Origin: Raillietiella orientalis
Taxonomy: Eukaryota
Length of the DNA: 64,000 bases
Direction of reading: 5' to 3'
Assembly (NCBI GenBank): GCA_036172245.1
Contig: JAYWIR010000051.1
Span: forward strand, 868,001 to 932,000
The notes beneath the pieces were generated by a model. That model searched no databases. It saw nothing but the letters and a program-made list of their open reading frames with translations, and was not told the origin of the DNA. Below are positions 63,401-64,000 of the stretch, piece by piece (the stretch's first letter is position 1; every line of letters begins with the position of its first letter). Both the position numbers and the translations under genes were made by a program.

Positions 63401-64000
63401 GAACTTCTCTTCGTGTTTCCTTTTTCTTCCTGCTTCTCAACGAACCTCGTCTTTGCGAGGTTCCTTTTCTCTGAAGAGGCGCGCGGAGCGACCGGGAGAA
63501 GGGGGGGCTCATCCTTGGGGAGCGCTGCGGCTCAAACAGGCGGCATCGGGCACGCCTCACCTGACAGCCCGAGACTCCAGTGTGTGTGCGCTTAATAGTC
63601 AAGGAGCCGCACCTCGGAACTCGCGCAAGAAAGCCAACGCGCAGCCCGCAGAGGTGGTCGCCACTGACCTCGGAGCTAGGGGAGTGAGACTTTAGCTCGG
63701 CCGCGCACGAGCGACCTACTTACCACTGGCTTGGGCGGGCACGGCGAGGCAGGAAGGATGCCATCGATTTCGCGGGACCACTGCCTAACCCAAATCGAGT
63801 TCGCCTCGCCGGGTGACGGTCTCGGGATGTGGATTGGCGGAATCCTGGAGGAACTCATCCGCCTCAGGGTCAGCCGGGAGCGCAGACGCTCGCGCGTCCT
63901 CTGCTTCAACGGCTGCCCAGTTTATTCCCCTTCCGCGTGCCCGCGGCCTGCCATCCAACATTCCCCGGGTTTCATCCCCCCTTATTCCAGCTTTTCCCCT

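Overview
GC-rich eukaryotic (most likely arthropod) genomic DNA. Only one intact host gene is supported: a single-ORF Kekkon-family (Kek1-like) LRR-Ig transmembrane receptor at 40873-42933 (+). It has a splice acceptor just before the ATG and an AATAAA about 260 nt past the stop. The rest is largely a transposon graveyard, recognised from scattered, frameshifted motifs: about ten L1/Tx1-clade LINE remnants (three share a homologous 3' UTR and terminus), two Gypsy-type LTR-retrotransposon remnants lying tail-to-tail, three hAT remnants, one piggyBac remnant and a THAP-containing Kolobok remnant. Microsatellites and a 70-bp tandem repeat are also present. Nearly all other ORFs in the track are GC-content artefacts. 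I could not support a wholly new multi-gene system. The best leads are a poly-His/acidic insert in the Kek Ig domain, a mosaic Kek tail, DNA-repair-like scars (a 44-bp perfect palindrome and an AT-only templated insertion) and a ~290-bp high-identity island shared by two otherwise diverged LINE copies. All TE calls come from motif recognition by eye, and their boundaries are approximate.
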